Positions 40,521 to 51,107 are shown, numbered from the stretch's first letter. The stretch is 64,000 nt of DNA from an uncultured bacterium (GCA_963717435.1 OY970332.1:640001-704000), one strand, 5' to 3'. The notes: generated by a model not told the origin, from the sequence alone. A program made the numbers and translations.

Positions 40521-42185
40521 ATGAAGAAGATAGGTGTTTTTGCTTTGACGATGTTGCTAATTAATTTTGGGAATATTTTTTCGGTCAAATATTCTATTAC
40601 CAATATCACAAAAGAGAAATTGTATGTAAAGATTTCTCCTAGTTTAGGAGAACGTGGTCAATCCGTTATACCGGCAGTAACTACTGCAGGTTTATCTGCA
40701 ATCGCGATGCACGATTGTTTAAGTGGCCTTTCTATAACTTTAGAATCAGGGCAATCTTACAGAGTTGATGAACCATGTTGTATGAGTAAAATAAAGGTTA
40801 GTAGGTCAGATAGCTTTGACAATGTTCTTACAACCAGAGACGGGGACTATTGTGCATCAGACGATGTTTACATTCATAAGTCTGATACAGATAGTTTTTA
40901 TATAGATTCGAATCGTGATCTAAATGACTATGAAAAAAGAACTGCGGCTATTGCAGGAATTTCAAAAGCAGTGACAGCAGATTTGGCAGTTATAGATTCG
41001 CAAATCAAGAGCGGAGTTATAGATTTAAAATTTATAGCCAATAAGCCAGTAGGTACCGGTGGATTAACCGATGCTATTATTGAATCTATCAAAAAATCTA
41101 ATATTGACGCTAAAAAACAAGACAAAGACGGGAACAATTTACTTCAGCAATTGATTATAGCAAATCCTGTTTTTGCAGGGATAGGGCCTGATGTGCTTTC
41201 AAATGGTGAAAATTATGTTTCAGCAGGTCTTTTGGAAGAAAAGAATAAAAATGGAGATACGCCGCTTGCTACAGCAGCAAAAATTGATAGTAGAGAGTGG
41301 GCATTGTTTCTGGTTAGGCACCATGCAAATGTTTTAACTTCAGATAATAATAAGCAAACTCCATTACATATTGCTGCATTAAAAAATGATATTTACTTAA
41401 TACAGTTATTTATAAAAGCGGCTAAAATGTTAGGCGTGAGCGATGCAGCTATCACCCAGTACCTAAATCAAGCCGATTCTTCAGGTAAAACTGCATTTGA
41501 TTTGATAACCGACCTAAAGATATTATCAACTTTGATAACTGAGCCGCTTAGAACCCTGTATTTTAAGCCTGAAATTACTGATATAAACAGAGTAGTTTCA
41601 AAAAATGGAGACACTTATTTAATGGCGGCTATAAAAAATAATCTAACTGATCTTGCGACCAAGTTACTTTCTATGGGTGCTAATCCCAGCACTAAAAATA
41701 CTGATGGTAGGACAGCGATTTTTTATGTTTTAATGAATATGACATCAGACGAAGGAATGCCATTGTTGAAATTATTAATTGAAAAAAAAGTTGACTTAAA
41801 TCTTTTAGATAAATTTGGAGTTACGCCATTAATAGTTGCAACTAACGCAAAAGATAATAAATATATTGATCTTTTGGTTTCAAATGGAGCCAATCTAAAT
41901 CAACAAGATCCTGCTTCTAAATTAATAACTCCGGTCATGCGAGTAGAGTCTGTTACACCACTTTTAATTGCTGTAAATTCTGGTGATAATAAGCTTGTAA
42001 GATATCTGATATCCAAGGGAGCTGATGTAAATTTAAAATATCCAGTTCAATTTGCAAAAAACAAAGAAAAACTGATATTGAATTTGGAGCAGATAATCGG
42101 CGCGGCTCAAATTAAGGGTGTAATCATTAGGGAGTTAAAACCTAAACAGGAGCTTAAGCAACCAGAGAAGCCAGCTAATAGTTAG
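40521..42185 (+). CDS. Secreted ankyrin-repeat protein (paralog 2)
   Basis: Collinear and highly similar to 38745-40412. Confidence 0.9.
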   Translation: MKKIGVFALTMLLINFGNIFSVKYSITNITKEKLYVKISPSLGERGQSVIPAVTTAGLSAIAMHDCLSGLSITLESGQSYRVDEPCCMSKIKVSRSDSFDNVLTTRDGDYCASDDVYIHKSDTDSFYIDSNRDLNDYEKRTAAIAGISKAVTADLAVIDSQIKSGVIDLKFIANKPVGTGGLTDAIIESIKKSNIDAKKQDKDGNNLLQQLIIANPVFAGIGPDVLSNGENYVSAGLLEEKNKNGDTPLATAAKIDSREWALFLVRHHANVLTSDNNKQTPLHIAALKNDIYLIQLFIKAAKMLGVSDAAITQYLNQADSSGKTAFDLITDLKILSTLITEPLRTLYFKPEITDINRVVSKNGDTYLMAAIKNNLTDLATKLLSMGANPSTKNTDGRTAIFYVLMNMTSDEGMPLLKLLIEKKVDLNLLDKFGVTPLIVATNAKDNKYIDLLVSNGANLNQQDPASKLITPVMRVESVTPLLIAVNSGDNKLVRYLISKGADVNLKYPVQFAKNKEKLILNLEQIIGAAQIKGVIIRELKPKQELKQPEKPANS

Positions 42186-42197
42186 TTTTTTAGATTA

Positions 42198-43109
42198 TTA
42201 TTTTAGAATTTTAATTGCTTGGCCCAAGCTAAGATTGTCATATATTATGCCATAAAGAGCTTGGGTCATTTTTATTGCGTAATCTAATTTATGCTTATAA
42301 ATATTTCTTCCAACAGCGGCACCGTGAATTTTGCCGTTATTAATTTGATTATAAACTTGTTCTAAAAATAATTCTGGTTCTATTGCTTCGCCGCCGGACA
42401 AGATAACTTTAGTATTGCCGGCAATGTTCTGAATTAAATTTAAAATTTCGTCTATTGTTTGATTTTCTTCTGCATGCGGCACGGCAAGTTTTACAAAGTC
42501 TGCACCCAATGATGTCGCAATTCCAGCGGCTCCTGCATTTAATATTCCGTCATGTGGGTCATTAATATTTTTCCCCCTTGGATAAATCCACAAAATAGCA
42601 ATGAGCCCATTTTGATGCGCCTGACTTACAATATGAGCAGCTTCTTTTAACATAATATTTTCATATTCGCTTCCCAAATATATTGTGTAACCAACGCCGC
42701 AAATATTTAATTTAGAATTAGATTTTAATTGCACCACGTCATCAACTTGCCAAAGCTCGGCGCTTACGGGTTCGTATTTATTAGCAGGAAGTAAATTTGT
42801 TTTGCCGTTAAGTTTGATTATATAATTTATGTCTTGATATTCAGGGTTGTTTGCATAGCGCGATATTAATCCCAAATGTGATGCAAAAGCCCCAATTTTG
42901 CCTTGAGCCGCAATTTTGAATAAGTGTTCGGGGTCTTCCACAGATTTATCAATATTTGGGCCATAGAAGTCTTTTGCAAGATGTTCCATTTTATGATCAG
43001 CGGCGAACAGGAGTAGTCTATTTTTGCATTTTGTAATTGCGCAATAACTATCCAAAAATTCACAGTGTTTGTTTTTTGGCACGTCTGCAGGTATAAATTT
43101 TTTGCACAT
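42198..43109 (-). CDS. fbaB: Class I (DhnA/FbaB-type) fructose-bisphosphate aldolase
   Basis: AADHKMEH, VGYTIYLGSE, W.YPRG, LGADFVK, GRNI. Confidence 0.85.
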   Translation of the reverse strand: MCKKFIPADVPKNKHCEFLDSYCAITKCKNRLLLFAADHKMEHLAKDFYGPNIDKSVEDPEHLFKIAAQGKIGAFASHLGLISRYANNPEYQDINYIIKLNGKTNLLPANKYEPVSAELWQVDDVVQLKSNSKLNICGVGYTIYLGSEYENIMLKEAAHIVSQAHQNGLIAILWIYPRGKNINDPHDGILNAGAAGIATSLGADFVKLAVPHAEENQTIDEILNLIQNIAGNTKVILSGGEAIEPELFLEQVYNQINNGKIHGAAVGRNIYKHKLDYAIKMTQALYGIIYDNLSLGQAIKILK

Positions 43110-43125
43110 ATTTTCCCCTATTTTT

Positions 43126-44745
43126 TTAATTTATTTTTTTATTTTCCAGTTTGTTTTTTACAACTATTTGTTGGGCAATATTTCTAAATACTGGTTCGGC
43201 AACAGTTGCCGCGTAAATATCTTTTTTATTAGATTCTTTAATATATAAAACTATAACTTTTTTATCGTTATCTTTTTCTACTGTTCCCACAAAAGTATAA
43301 GTATTTTTGTCTGGATTATATTCGCCATTAATTAATAAATTTGCCGTTCCAGTTTTGCCGTAAATTTTGTAATCTTCAATGCCAGATTTTTCAATAATAG
43401 CTTTAATTCTATTGAGTGAGACTTCTGAATATACGGGCCCAATTCTTTTGGGCTCTTTATTTGTAAGAACTATTCTTGGTTGTACCAAATAGCCGCCGTT
43501 TGAGATCATAGAAAACGCTCGGGCAAGTTGTAATATCGATGCTGTTATCTCATATCCGTAAGAAAGAGAAAATAGCGACTTTTTTGACCAATTACTTGGC
43601 GGATTTACAAATCCTGACTGCTCTCCTTGGAAGTCTATGCCAGTTTTTTGGCCAAATCCGGATTTCGAATAATGTTCATAAATTCTTGGCCCGAGTCTTT
43701 TTGCAACTTTTACAACTCCGATATTATTAGATTTTTGAATCACTTCTTTAAAATTTAATATCCCAAAGGCTTTCCAAGTGTTAACCTGCATGTGATCGAT
43801 AAACGTAGTTTTTTTGCCTTCGCAATCTATAAGCTCTTCTTCTTGGACAACGTTTTCATCAAGAGCCGCAAGCGCGAGAAAAACTTTTATAACCGAACCA
43901 AGTTCATGTACGTCCGTTACTATTTTGTTTTTTGTTTTTTCAAGATCTATATCTTTCGTGTCATATAAATCAAATCCCGGTTTGTTTACCATAGCGAGTA
44001 TATCTCCAGTTTGTGCGTCCATAATAAGAGCTTGCCCCTCTTTGCTTTCAAACTGTTCCATACAGGTTTCAAGTTCTTGCTCGGCGATAAATTGCAAATC
44101 AGAATCTATAGTTGTTTTTAAAGCTTCACCTTGAGAGCCCTCCAATGAAACCTCTTTTTGAAAATACAGTTGTCCAGATCGGGCATCTTTTTCAAGTATA
44201 TAGGTTGTAGGGGTGCCGGCCAGAATATTATTGTGAAATTTTTCAAGCCCAAATAAGCCCTGATTGTCTATATCGGTGAGCCCGATAACTTGAGACAAAG
44301 ATTCGAAGGTATAGTGCCTGGTTGGTTCTTTTATCAGTTTAAGATCTTCAAGCCCGCTATCTTTAATTAACTGAATTTCTTGGTCGTTAAGGCGCCGCTT
44401 GATATACATAAAACAGTCATGTTCTTTTTCTGAAAATTTTTTAAAAGATGCGGGAAAATTTTTATGTAAAAAATTTAAAGTTTTTTCTTTGTCTTGAAGA
44501 TTTCTGGGAGTAATAAAGCATGATAATCCGTCTTTGTTTACTGCTAATAACTTGCCATTACGGTCAAATATCTCCCCTCTATTTGGTGTTGAAATAATCG
44601 TAACTTTATACTGATTATCAGCCAAATTTTTGTAAAAGTTGCTTTTATGAATCTGAATTACATATAAATTTATTATAGCTACAGAATATAGCCCCATAAA
44701 CACAAAAAAAACTGATATTAATCTGCTTTTATAAGCTATGTTCAT
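43126..44745 (-). CDS. ftsI: Class B penicillin-binding protein (FtsI-like)
   Basis: RGEIFDRNG, GSVIK (SxxK), SNN (SxN), KTGT; follows an ftsL-like gene. Confidence 0.88.
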   Translation of the reverse strand: MNIAYKSRLISVFFVFMGLYSVAIINLYVIQIHKSNFYKNLADNQYKVTIISTPNRGEIFDRNGKLLAVNKDGLSCFITPRNLQDKEKTLNFLHKNFPASFKKFSEKEHDCFMYIKRRLNDQEIQLIKDSGLEDLKLIKEPTRHYTFESLSQVIGLTDIDNQGLFGLEKFHNNILAGTPTTYILEKDARSGQLYFQKEVSLEGSQGEALKTTIDSDLQFIAEQELETCMEQFESKEGQALIMDAQTGDILAMVNKPGFDLYDTKDIDLEKTKNKIVTDVHELGSVIKVFLALAALDENVVQEEELIDCEGKKTTFIDHMQVNTWKAFGILNFKEVIQKSNNIGVVKVAKRLGPRIYEHYSKSGFGQKTGIDFQGEQSGFVNPPSNWSKKSLFSLSYGYEITASILQLARAFSMISNGGYLVQPRIVLTNKEPKRIGPVYSEVSLNRIKAIIEKSGIEDYKIYGKTGTANLLINGEYNPDKNTYTFVGTVEKDNDKKVIVLYIKESNKKDIYAATVAEPVFRNIAQQIVVKNKLENKKIN

Positions 44746-45007
44746 CTTTTAAACTCTTTATTTGATTTAGTTTAACTGTTTCAAAGCCTAAATTTTTTTG
44801 TGCAAATTTTTTTATCGAATTTTTATTTTGGGCTATTAATAGATCGTTTTTGATTTTTTCTTTTTCAGCCAACAGAGCCTCAAGTTTTTTTTCTGTTTTC
44901 TGTTTTTGATATGACAATTTAATTAGTTGCGCCTGATGACTTATATAAAAGAATACTAAAAATAATTGAGTTGCAAAAAATACTACTATAAATTGTGGTT
45001 TTTTCAT
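44729..45007 (-). CDS. ftsL: FtsL-like cell division protein
   Basis: TM + coiled coil + 'IKKFAQKNLGF'; overlaps the ftsI start. Confidence 0.7.
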   Translation of the reverse strand: MKKPQFIVVFFATQLFLVFFYISHQAQLIKLSYQKQKTEKKLEALLAEKEKIKNDLLIAQNKNSIKKFAQKNLGFETVKLNQIKSLKDEHSL

Positions 45008-45107
45008 AAATATCCCCAATTTTTAATTCTAAACTTTTTCTGTTTAGAGTATCAAAAACTGGGGATCTATAAGTCAATATATTTTTTACTTATAATATTT
45101 TATGGGC

Positions 45108-47660
45108 CTAAAACTCCTGTGTCATACTAAAGTGAACTTCGTCGATCTTCTCTCCAAGTCTTCTATTTCTATCAAGCTTGAAACCCCAGTCGATCTTAAC
45201 AGGAGCCGGTTGCGTTAAGCGAACACCGATACCAACTGAATGTCTGTAATTAAAGAACTTGTTCGTAATACTGCCATTTATGTTTATATCAACTTCGTTA
45301 ACCGGGTCCCATCCTGCACCACCATCGTAGAACACAAGACCCTTAATAGACATATCACTTGTTATTGGGAACCTAAGTTCAACGTTCACCCAGAAGGCTT
45401 TCTTTGCGCCCAGTGGGTCACCAAAAAGTTGCGGCCCGATCTGACCGAACGTAAACCCTCTAACTGTTGAAGGTCCGCCGATATTATATAGTTCACGATA
45501 TGGGACGTTGCCATTATTTATTTGTCCGACAAGACCCACATGTCCATGTAGATAAAAAATAAGATCATATTCTTTTATCAGTGGTGTGCACCATGAAGCG
45601 TCTAGATTAGATTTAAAGTAATTAAAGTTTCCAAACGAAACATAATGCCCAAATTTATTTGTAATTGACCACTGGTATCCGAGTGTTGGGAACAATGGGT
45701 TATTAAAAGTATTTTGTGAAATTATGGATTCTAGTGAACCGATATCGCCCGAAGCAAATGTTCTATTGATTCTTGCAAGTAACGGAGCCTGCAGCCTAGC
45801 GGTCTCGTTCAAAGCGGCTACACCCAAGTCATTATATTTTTGGTTTCTATATCCGGCCCTGAATAAAAACGCGGTGTCATTTAAAGTTGGGCTCTGATAC
45901 CCAAGGGTTATAACTCCGCCGCTTGCAGTTTCAACCGGGTTTCCTGAAACAATTTTTTTAAACTCTTCGTAAGTGGTTTTTTGGTGATAGATATTTAAAC
46001 CTGCCATTATGGGCTTGTCCATAAGCCATGGTTCGACTAAGTTAAAACCAAGCCCAAATTCTTGACGGGAATATTGTGCGCTTAAACTTGCCTGAATTCC
46101 CGATCCCAAAAAGTTTCTATCAGATGCTTCAACCCCAACTTTGAAAGATGTGGAAGGTGAAGAAGCGTCTTTGTCTGCTCCGCCTGTTCCCATCTGCGCC
46201 GTTAAGCTACCAGTTTTAATTTCTTTTAAGATAAGATCAAGATCAGCGCTATCTTCACTAACTTTTTTTATCTTCCAGTTAACACCCTCTTTTGGATCAA
46301 AGAAACCAAGAGCTTCAACTCGGTTTTTTGATATCTCCATATGGCGATTTGTAATCAAGCTGCCTTCATCAAAAGTAATTTGTCTTCGGATTATTTTGTC
46401 ACGTGTTTTTTTGTTGCCGATAATATTAATTTTATTTAATTTGATTGGCTTACCAAGATCAGTTTTTAAAGTTATAGCAACGGTTTTATCTTCAAAATTT
46501 GGTTCAACTTGTGGTTCTATGTCTGCGTATATATAACCAAATTCTCCCCAAATATTTCTTAAAACTTCTAAAGATTTTCTTAAGCTATCTTTGGAGTAAA
46601 GCATGCCCTCATAAAGTGGCAATCTTCTGCGTAATTCAAATTCTGGTAGTATCTCGTTGCCCGGTATTGAAATTTTATCAACAGTAAATAGATCCCCTTC
46701 TTCGATTACAAAAGTAATCGACATGTTGCTGAATCTATCAGACTCTATTTTTACGTCTTTTACGTTAGCAGTTAAGTATCCGTTACTTTGATAATAATTT
46801 GAGATTAAATATTTATCTTGTTCAATCATATCTGGCAGATATATTCCTGATTTATCAAAGAAGCTCAGAATCCAGTCTTCGCGCGTGTAAATTATATTTC
46901 TTAATGTATCTTCAGGTATATGAATATTACCCTCAAAGAAGACTCTTTTTACTGTAGATTTTTGCCCCTCTTTGATATTAATTTCTGCGTTTGCAGCAAA
47001 TTCACCATCTGGGGTTAATTTTGTTTCAATTTCTACGTGATGATAATTTTTTTCCTGATACAGATTTTTGACCTGGCTCGCTATTTCTTCAAGCTGTTCT
47101 TCGTCGATAGATTTAAGTTCAGAGAATTTGATCTTTTTCTCAATCTCTTTTTCGGCTAAATTCTTATTTCCCTTAAAAGTTATCTTTCCGACTTTCTTTT
47201 TTACATCAGTGATAACATAAAGATCCATTTGTGTGTCATTAACATAATCAGCACCAACTTGTATTTCTCTGAAAAACCCTAGTGCCCAAAGATTGTTAAT
47301 TAATTTGCCAGTATTTTTTTTATCAAAAAGCTCACCGCTTCTGTACGGTATCTTTGTCAAAATAGTCTCTTCGGGCACATATTGGTTACCCTGAACTATG
47401 ATATTTCTTATGAAATATTTTCTGTCGATATTTTCGTCTTCAAAATCAATTTCTTCAGAATTTTCTTCAGGCCCAGCTTCTGCAGAGTCTGTAAGTTCTG
47501 TAGTCTCTGTCTGACTTTCTTGTGCCAAACTACTACTTTTTTTTAAATCTAATTCTTCCGTGAGATTATTTTTGTAGACATCGCTTTGCGCGTCTGGGGC
47601 CTCCTGGCCGGTTATTTGATATGATGTTCCAACAAATAGAAGTAATAACAATAATAACAT
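45108..47660 (-). CDS. bamA: Outer membrane protein assembly factor BamA
   Basis: POTRA repeats (GN motifs), TVRGF, C-terminal Phe. Confidence 0.95.
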   Translation of the reverse strand: MLLLLLLLFVGTSYQITGQEAPDAQSDVYKNNLTEELDLKKSSSLAQESQTETTELTDSAEAGPEENSEEIDFEDENIDRKYFIRNIIVQGNQYVPEETILTKIPYRSGELFDKKNTGKLINNLWALGFFREIQVGADYVNDTQMDLYVITDVKKKVGKITFKGNKNLAEKEIEKKIKFSELKSIDEEQLEEIASQVKNLYQEKNYHHVEIETKLTPDGEFAANAEINIKEGQKSTVKRVFFEGNIHIPEDTLRNIIYTREDWILSFFDKSGIYLPDMIEQDKYLISNYYQSNGYLTANVKDVKIESDRFSNMSITFVIEEGDLFTVDKISIPGNEILPEFELRRRLPLYEGMLYSKDSLRKSLEVLRNIWGEFGYIYADIEPQVEPNFEDKTVAITLKTDLGKPIKLNKINIIGNKKTRDKIIRRQITFDEGSLITNRHMEISKNRVEALGFFDPKEGVNWKIKKVSEDSADLDLILKEIKTGSLTAQMGTGGADKDASSPSTSFKVGVEASDRNFLGSGIQASLSAQYSRQEFGLGFNLVEPWLMDKPIMAGLNIYHQKTTYEEFKKIVSGNPVETASGGVITLGYQSPTLNDTAFLFRAGYRNQKYNDLGVAALNETARLQAPLLARINRTFASGDIGSLESIISQNTFNNPLFPTLGYQWSITNKFGHYVSFGNFNYFKSNLDASWCTPLIKEYDLIFYLHGHVGLVGQINNGNVPYRELYNIGGPSTVRGFTFGQIGPQLFGDPLGAKKAFWVNVELRFPITSDMSIKGLVFYDGGAGWDPVNEVDININGSITNKFFNYRHSVGIGVRLTQPAPVKIDWGFKLDRNRRLGEKIDEVHFSMTQEF

Positions 47661-47762
47661 TCTTCGCTCCCAAGAACCTTGTGCTTAATTACCATAATGG
47701 TTAAATTATGATACTATTTTTGGTAAAATTGGCCAGGAAAGCTTTAAAGAAGTGATAAAAAA

Positions 47763-49103
47763 ATGTCAAAATTAAGATTAACAAATAGCCTATCGAACCA
47801 AAAAGAAGAGTTTGTACCGCTCAAATTTCCTAATGTAAAAATGTATGTTTGTGGCATAACTCCTTACGATTATCCCCATCTGGGCCATGGAAGATGTTAT
47901 GTAACTTTTGATCTTTTATATAGAATTTTAAAATTTTTAGATTACAAAGTAACTTACGTCAGAAATTTTACCGATGTAGAAGACAAGCTCATAGACAGAG
48001 CCAAGCGCGATCTTGGTTCTGGTAAAAAATTTATAGAATTGGCTTCAAAGTTTATTAAAATTTTTGAAGAAGATATGTCAAGATTAAACTGTGAGCGTCC
48101 AAATTTTGAGCCAAGGGTTACAGAAAATATTACCCAAATTATAGAATTTATTTCTGGCTTAATAGAAGCTGGCAAAGCTTATGTTGTTAATGGCGACGTA
48201 TATTTTAGCATCAGTAATTTTAAAGATTACGGAAAACTTTCAAAGCGTACAGAAGATGATCTGTTGGCCGGTGCGCGTGTTCAAGTTAGAGAAGAAAAAC
48301 ATAGCCCATTAGATTTTGCATTATGGAAATCAACGCAAGACGACGTATATTGGGAAAGCCCGTGGGGACGCGGCAGACCCGGCTGGCACATAGAATGTTC
48401 TGCTATGGCAAAAAGATATCTTGGAGAGCAAATTGATATTCATGGCGGCGGAATGGATCTTATATTCCCGCATCATGAAAATGAAATTGCGCAAACTGAG
48501 GGGTTGACTGGATTGCCATTTGCAAAATATTGGCTGCATAACGCTTTTATTACCGTTGATAAAGAAAAGATGTCAAAATCACTTGGCAACTTTGTAACAT
48601 TAAGAGAAGCTTTAGACTCTTATCATCCACAAATATTAAGATATTACTTTTTGGCCCATCACTATAGAATCCCAGTAGATTTTTCTGATGAGGCAATTAA
48701 ATCATGTGCCAAGGCTTATGCAAAAATTTGTAAGCACTTAGAAAATATCGAAGCTGTAGATTTTAAATATAATAGTCCAGATAATAATATTATATTAAAT
48801 AACATGCTAGATTTTATTTTAGATGACATGAACGTGTCGGGCATGTTGGGCATAGTTTTTGATAATCTTAAGAAAATTCAAGAAGATAAAAAACTTGCTG
48901 GTAATATTAAATTTTTATTTAATGAAGTATTGGGTCTTGATTTAGTTTTGATTAAAGAAAAAGAAGTTGAAATTACGCCAGAAATCGAGAGCTTAATCTT
49001 AGAGCGCGAACAAGCGCGCAAAGAAAAAAACTGGGCCCGTTCTGATGAGCTTAGAAAAACTTTGCATGATCTTGGCTATGAGGTTAACGACAAGAAGCTT
49101 TAA
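47763..49103 (+). CDS. cysS: Cysteine-tRNA ligase
   Basis: YVCGITPYD..HLGH, DFALWK, PGWHIECS, FPHHENE, KMSKS. Confidence 0.98.
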   Translation: MSKLRLTNSLSNQKEEFVPLKFPNVKMYVCGITPYDYPHLGHGRCYVTFDLLYRILKFLDYKVTYVRNFTDVEDKLIDRAKRDLGSGKKFIELASKFIKIFEEDMSRLNCERPNFEPRVTENITQIIEFISGLIEAGKAYVVNGDVYFSISNFKDYGKLSKRTEDDLLAGARVQVREEKHSPLDFALWKSTQDDVYWESPWGRGRPGWHIECSAMAKRYLGEQIDIHGGGMDLIFPHHENEIAQTEGLTGLPFAKYWLHNAFITVDKEKMSKSLGNFVTLREALDSYHPQILRYYFLAHHYRIPVDFSDEAIKSCAKAYAKICKHLENIEAVDFKYNSPDNNIILNNMLDFILDDMNVSGMLGIVFDNLKKIQEDKKLAGNIKFLFNEVLGLDLVLIKEKEVEITPEIESLILEREQARKEKNWARSDELRKTLHDLGYEVNDKKL

Positions 49104-49128
49104 AAATATAATTAATAAACATAAAAAT

Positions 49129-49150
49129 GGGACGAGCTAAAATTCGTCCC
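49129..49150. terminator. Hairpin between convergent cysS and GNAT genes
   Basis: GGGACGA...TCGTCCC. Confidence 0.6.
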
Positions 49151-49166
49151 TAAAATTAATTTTATA

Positions 49167-49721
49167 TCAAAAATATTTTTCATAAGTGATCATAGGACAG
49201 AAGTCGTATGAATCTTCGCATTTTGTAAACCCGTTTATTTCGTAAAATTTTTGGGCAACAATGTTGAAGCTAATAACATCAACTTTGATTTTTTTAATAT
49301 CAGGCCATTTTTTTCGGCTGTCTTCTATAACGCTTTTTAATAAAATTGTTGCAAGCCCTTTTCTTCTGACTAGCTTATTTATGGTGATTATGGAAAGCTC
49401 TATATGTTTTTCTTCTAGCATCCCCTTGTTGCAATAGGAAACAAATCCTATTACATTCTCTTGATCGTGCATGACTTTCTTTTCAATAAAATCTCGCGAT
49501 AACTCTTCATCGATAGACTCTTTGATTTTGGCGCGAAAATCTTCCAAACTCATCTCGTTATTATCCACCCATTCTTTTCCTGGAAAAATCATTAATGGAT
49601 CTTGAAATAAAATTGATAGAACGGAATTTTTATCTGATGGGCAATAATCAGAGATAGTAATCACTGCTTTCAAAAAACGTATGCTGAAAATAGATAGTAC
49701 CAAAAATAAATGAAATCTCAT
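49167..49721 (-). CDS. Secreted GNAT acetyltransferase
   Basis: RRKGLA, N..AQKFYEINGF; signal-peptide-like N-terminus. Confidence 0.82.
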   Translation of the reverse strand: MRFHLFLVLSIFSIRFLKAVITISDYCPSDKNSVLSILFQDPLMIFPGKEWVDNNEMSLEDFRAKIKESIDEELSRDFIEKKVMHDQENVIGFVSYCNKGMLEEKHIELSIITINKLVRRKGLATILLKSVIEDSRKKWPDIKKIKVDVISFNIVAQKFYEINGFTKCEDSYDFCPMITYEKYF

Positions 49722-49815
49722 TTTTGTATTTCCTAATGTTTAAATTTGTTTTTTGATTTTAGCAGATATTATCTGAGCAAAAATAGTGGACTAAAATTTT
49801 AGCCCACTTATTAAT

Positions 49816-49853
49816 TTACGCAAAAACTTCTTAAGCTTATATTGAAACACCTC
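49816..49853 (-). repeat. Degenerate duplicate of the trxA 3' end
   Basis: TTACGCAAAAACTTCTT-AAGCTTATATTGAAACACCTC vs TTACGCAAAAACTTCTTCGAGTTTATCTTGAAGCGCCTC at 50572-50610. Confidence 0.85.
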
Positions 49854-50259
49854 AAAATGGATTAATAATTTTTAGCTTATTTAAGATTTCGTGGTTATTA
49901 TGCATATCTTCGCTGTATATTATTGGACAATCATTTTCTATAGCCGAAGATAACATAAGGCTATCAAAGTATGAATAACTATATTTTTGCGCAATTTGAA
50001 GAGCAAGTTTAATTGTTGAATTTGAAATTTGGGCAGTCTGAAAATATGTTAAGCCATCTACCATTAATTCAATCTTATTAAAGGGAATTTTCTTTTTTTT
50101 GTTCATAACATTTATGAACTCATTAATCACTTGCGTACTTAGAATAATATTATTTAAGTCCGATTCGATAATATTAAGAGCAATATTCTGCTTTTTGGGT
50201 TCATTATTTTCAAATGCATATATAAGAATATTGCTGTCTAAAAATATATTAACGCTCAT
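49852..50259 (-). CDS. PIN-domain (VapC-like) toxin
   Basis: FLDSNILIY, STQVINE, YFDSL, SED; start overlaps the antitoxin stop region. Confidence 0.9.
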   Translation of the reverse strand: MSVNIFLDSNILIYAFENNEPKKQNIALNIIESDLNNIILSTQVINEFINVMNKKKKIPFNKIELMVDGLTYFQTAQISNSTIKLALQIAQKYSYSYFDSLMLSSAIENDCPIIYSEDMHNNHEILNKLKIINPF

Positions 50260-50506
50260 TGGCTTCATCTCTGTCGAATTTAAAGCCCTTAGTTTTTACC
50301 TTAAATGATTTAAAAAAATCTTTTTTAGGTTTAGTTTTTTTTGGTACTATTTCCGATGATTTTTTTTTAGATTTGATTTTTTTGGGTTCTTTTTCTTCTT
50401 TAACCAAAATAATAACTTCAAATCGACTACTAAGATTTTTTAAGTGTTTTTTAGGAACCTCAATTATTCCATCTTTTGCTGAGGAAATAAATTTTATGGT
50501 TTTCAT
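50249..50506 (-). CDS. Putative antitoxin
   Basis: 85 aa, directly upstream of the PIN gene, ends FKFDRDEANER as seen in PIN-linked antitoxins. Confidence 0.8.
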   Translation of the reverse strand: MKTIKFISSAKDGIIEVPKKHLKNLSSRFEVIILVKEEKEPKKIKSKKKSSEIVPKKTKPKKDFFKSFKVKTKGFKFDRDEANER

Positions 50507-50540
50507 ATTTTTCCCAAATATTTTTAATGTAGTTAAAAAA

Positions 50541-50568
50541 ACTAGGGACTTTAACTTAAGTCCCTAGT
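50541..50568 (-). terminator. Terminator after trxA
   Basis: ACTAGGGACTT...AAGTCCCTAGT with a T-tract on the minus strand. Confidence 0.85.
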
Positions 50569-50571
50569 AAC

Positions 50572-50889
50572 TTACGCAAAAACTTCTTCGAGTTTATCTT
50601 GAAGCGCCTCTTTTGACATCGCGCCGATAACTTTAGCAACAACTGCTTTATTTTTGATAAAAATAAAAGTAGGAACAGAAGCAACGCTATATTTTATTGC
50701 CAAATCTCTTGCTTCGTCTACGTTTAGTTTTGCAAAAACATATTTATCGCCCAGCTCTTTTTCCAACTCTTCAAGTATTGGTGTCATGTACTGGCATGGT
50801 CCACACCAGGTTGCAAATACATCAATTAAAACTGGTTTTGTTGCTTTTTCAACAACTTCTTCGAAATTTTGTTTGTTTACGTTAACCAT
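50572..50889 (-). CDS. trxA: Thioredoxin
   Basis: WCGPC. Confidence 0.96.
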   Translation of the reverse strand: MVNVNKQNFEEVVEKATKPVLIDVFATWCGPCQYMTPILEELEKELGDKYVFAKLNVDEARDLAIKYSVASVPTFIFIKNKAVVAKVIGAMSKEALQDKLEEVFA

Positions 50890-51107
50890 GTTAGTGTTGC
50901 CCTTTATTATTTAAAATTATTTAAAAATCACTTAAATATTACTTAAAAATTAGGTATTACTTAAAATTGGGTTTTATATTCTATATTATATTTTCTTATT
51001 TTTCTCTGGGTTATGTCAAAGAAAAAATAGTAACTTTAAAACTATTGCCTAAATTTCAAAATATTCTTAGATTCATAAATGATCTTAATCAAATAGAAAG
51101 GGTATTT

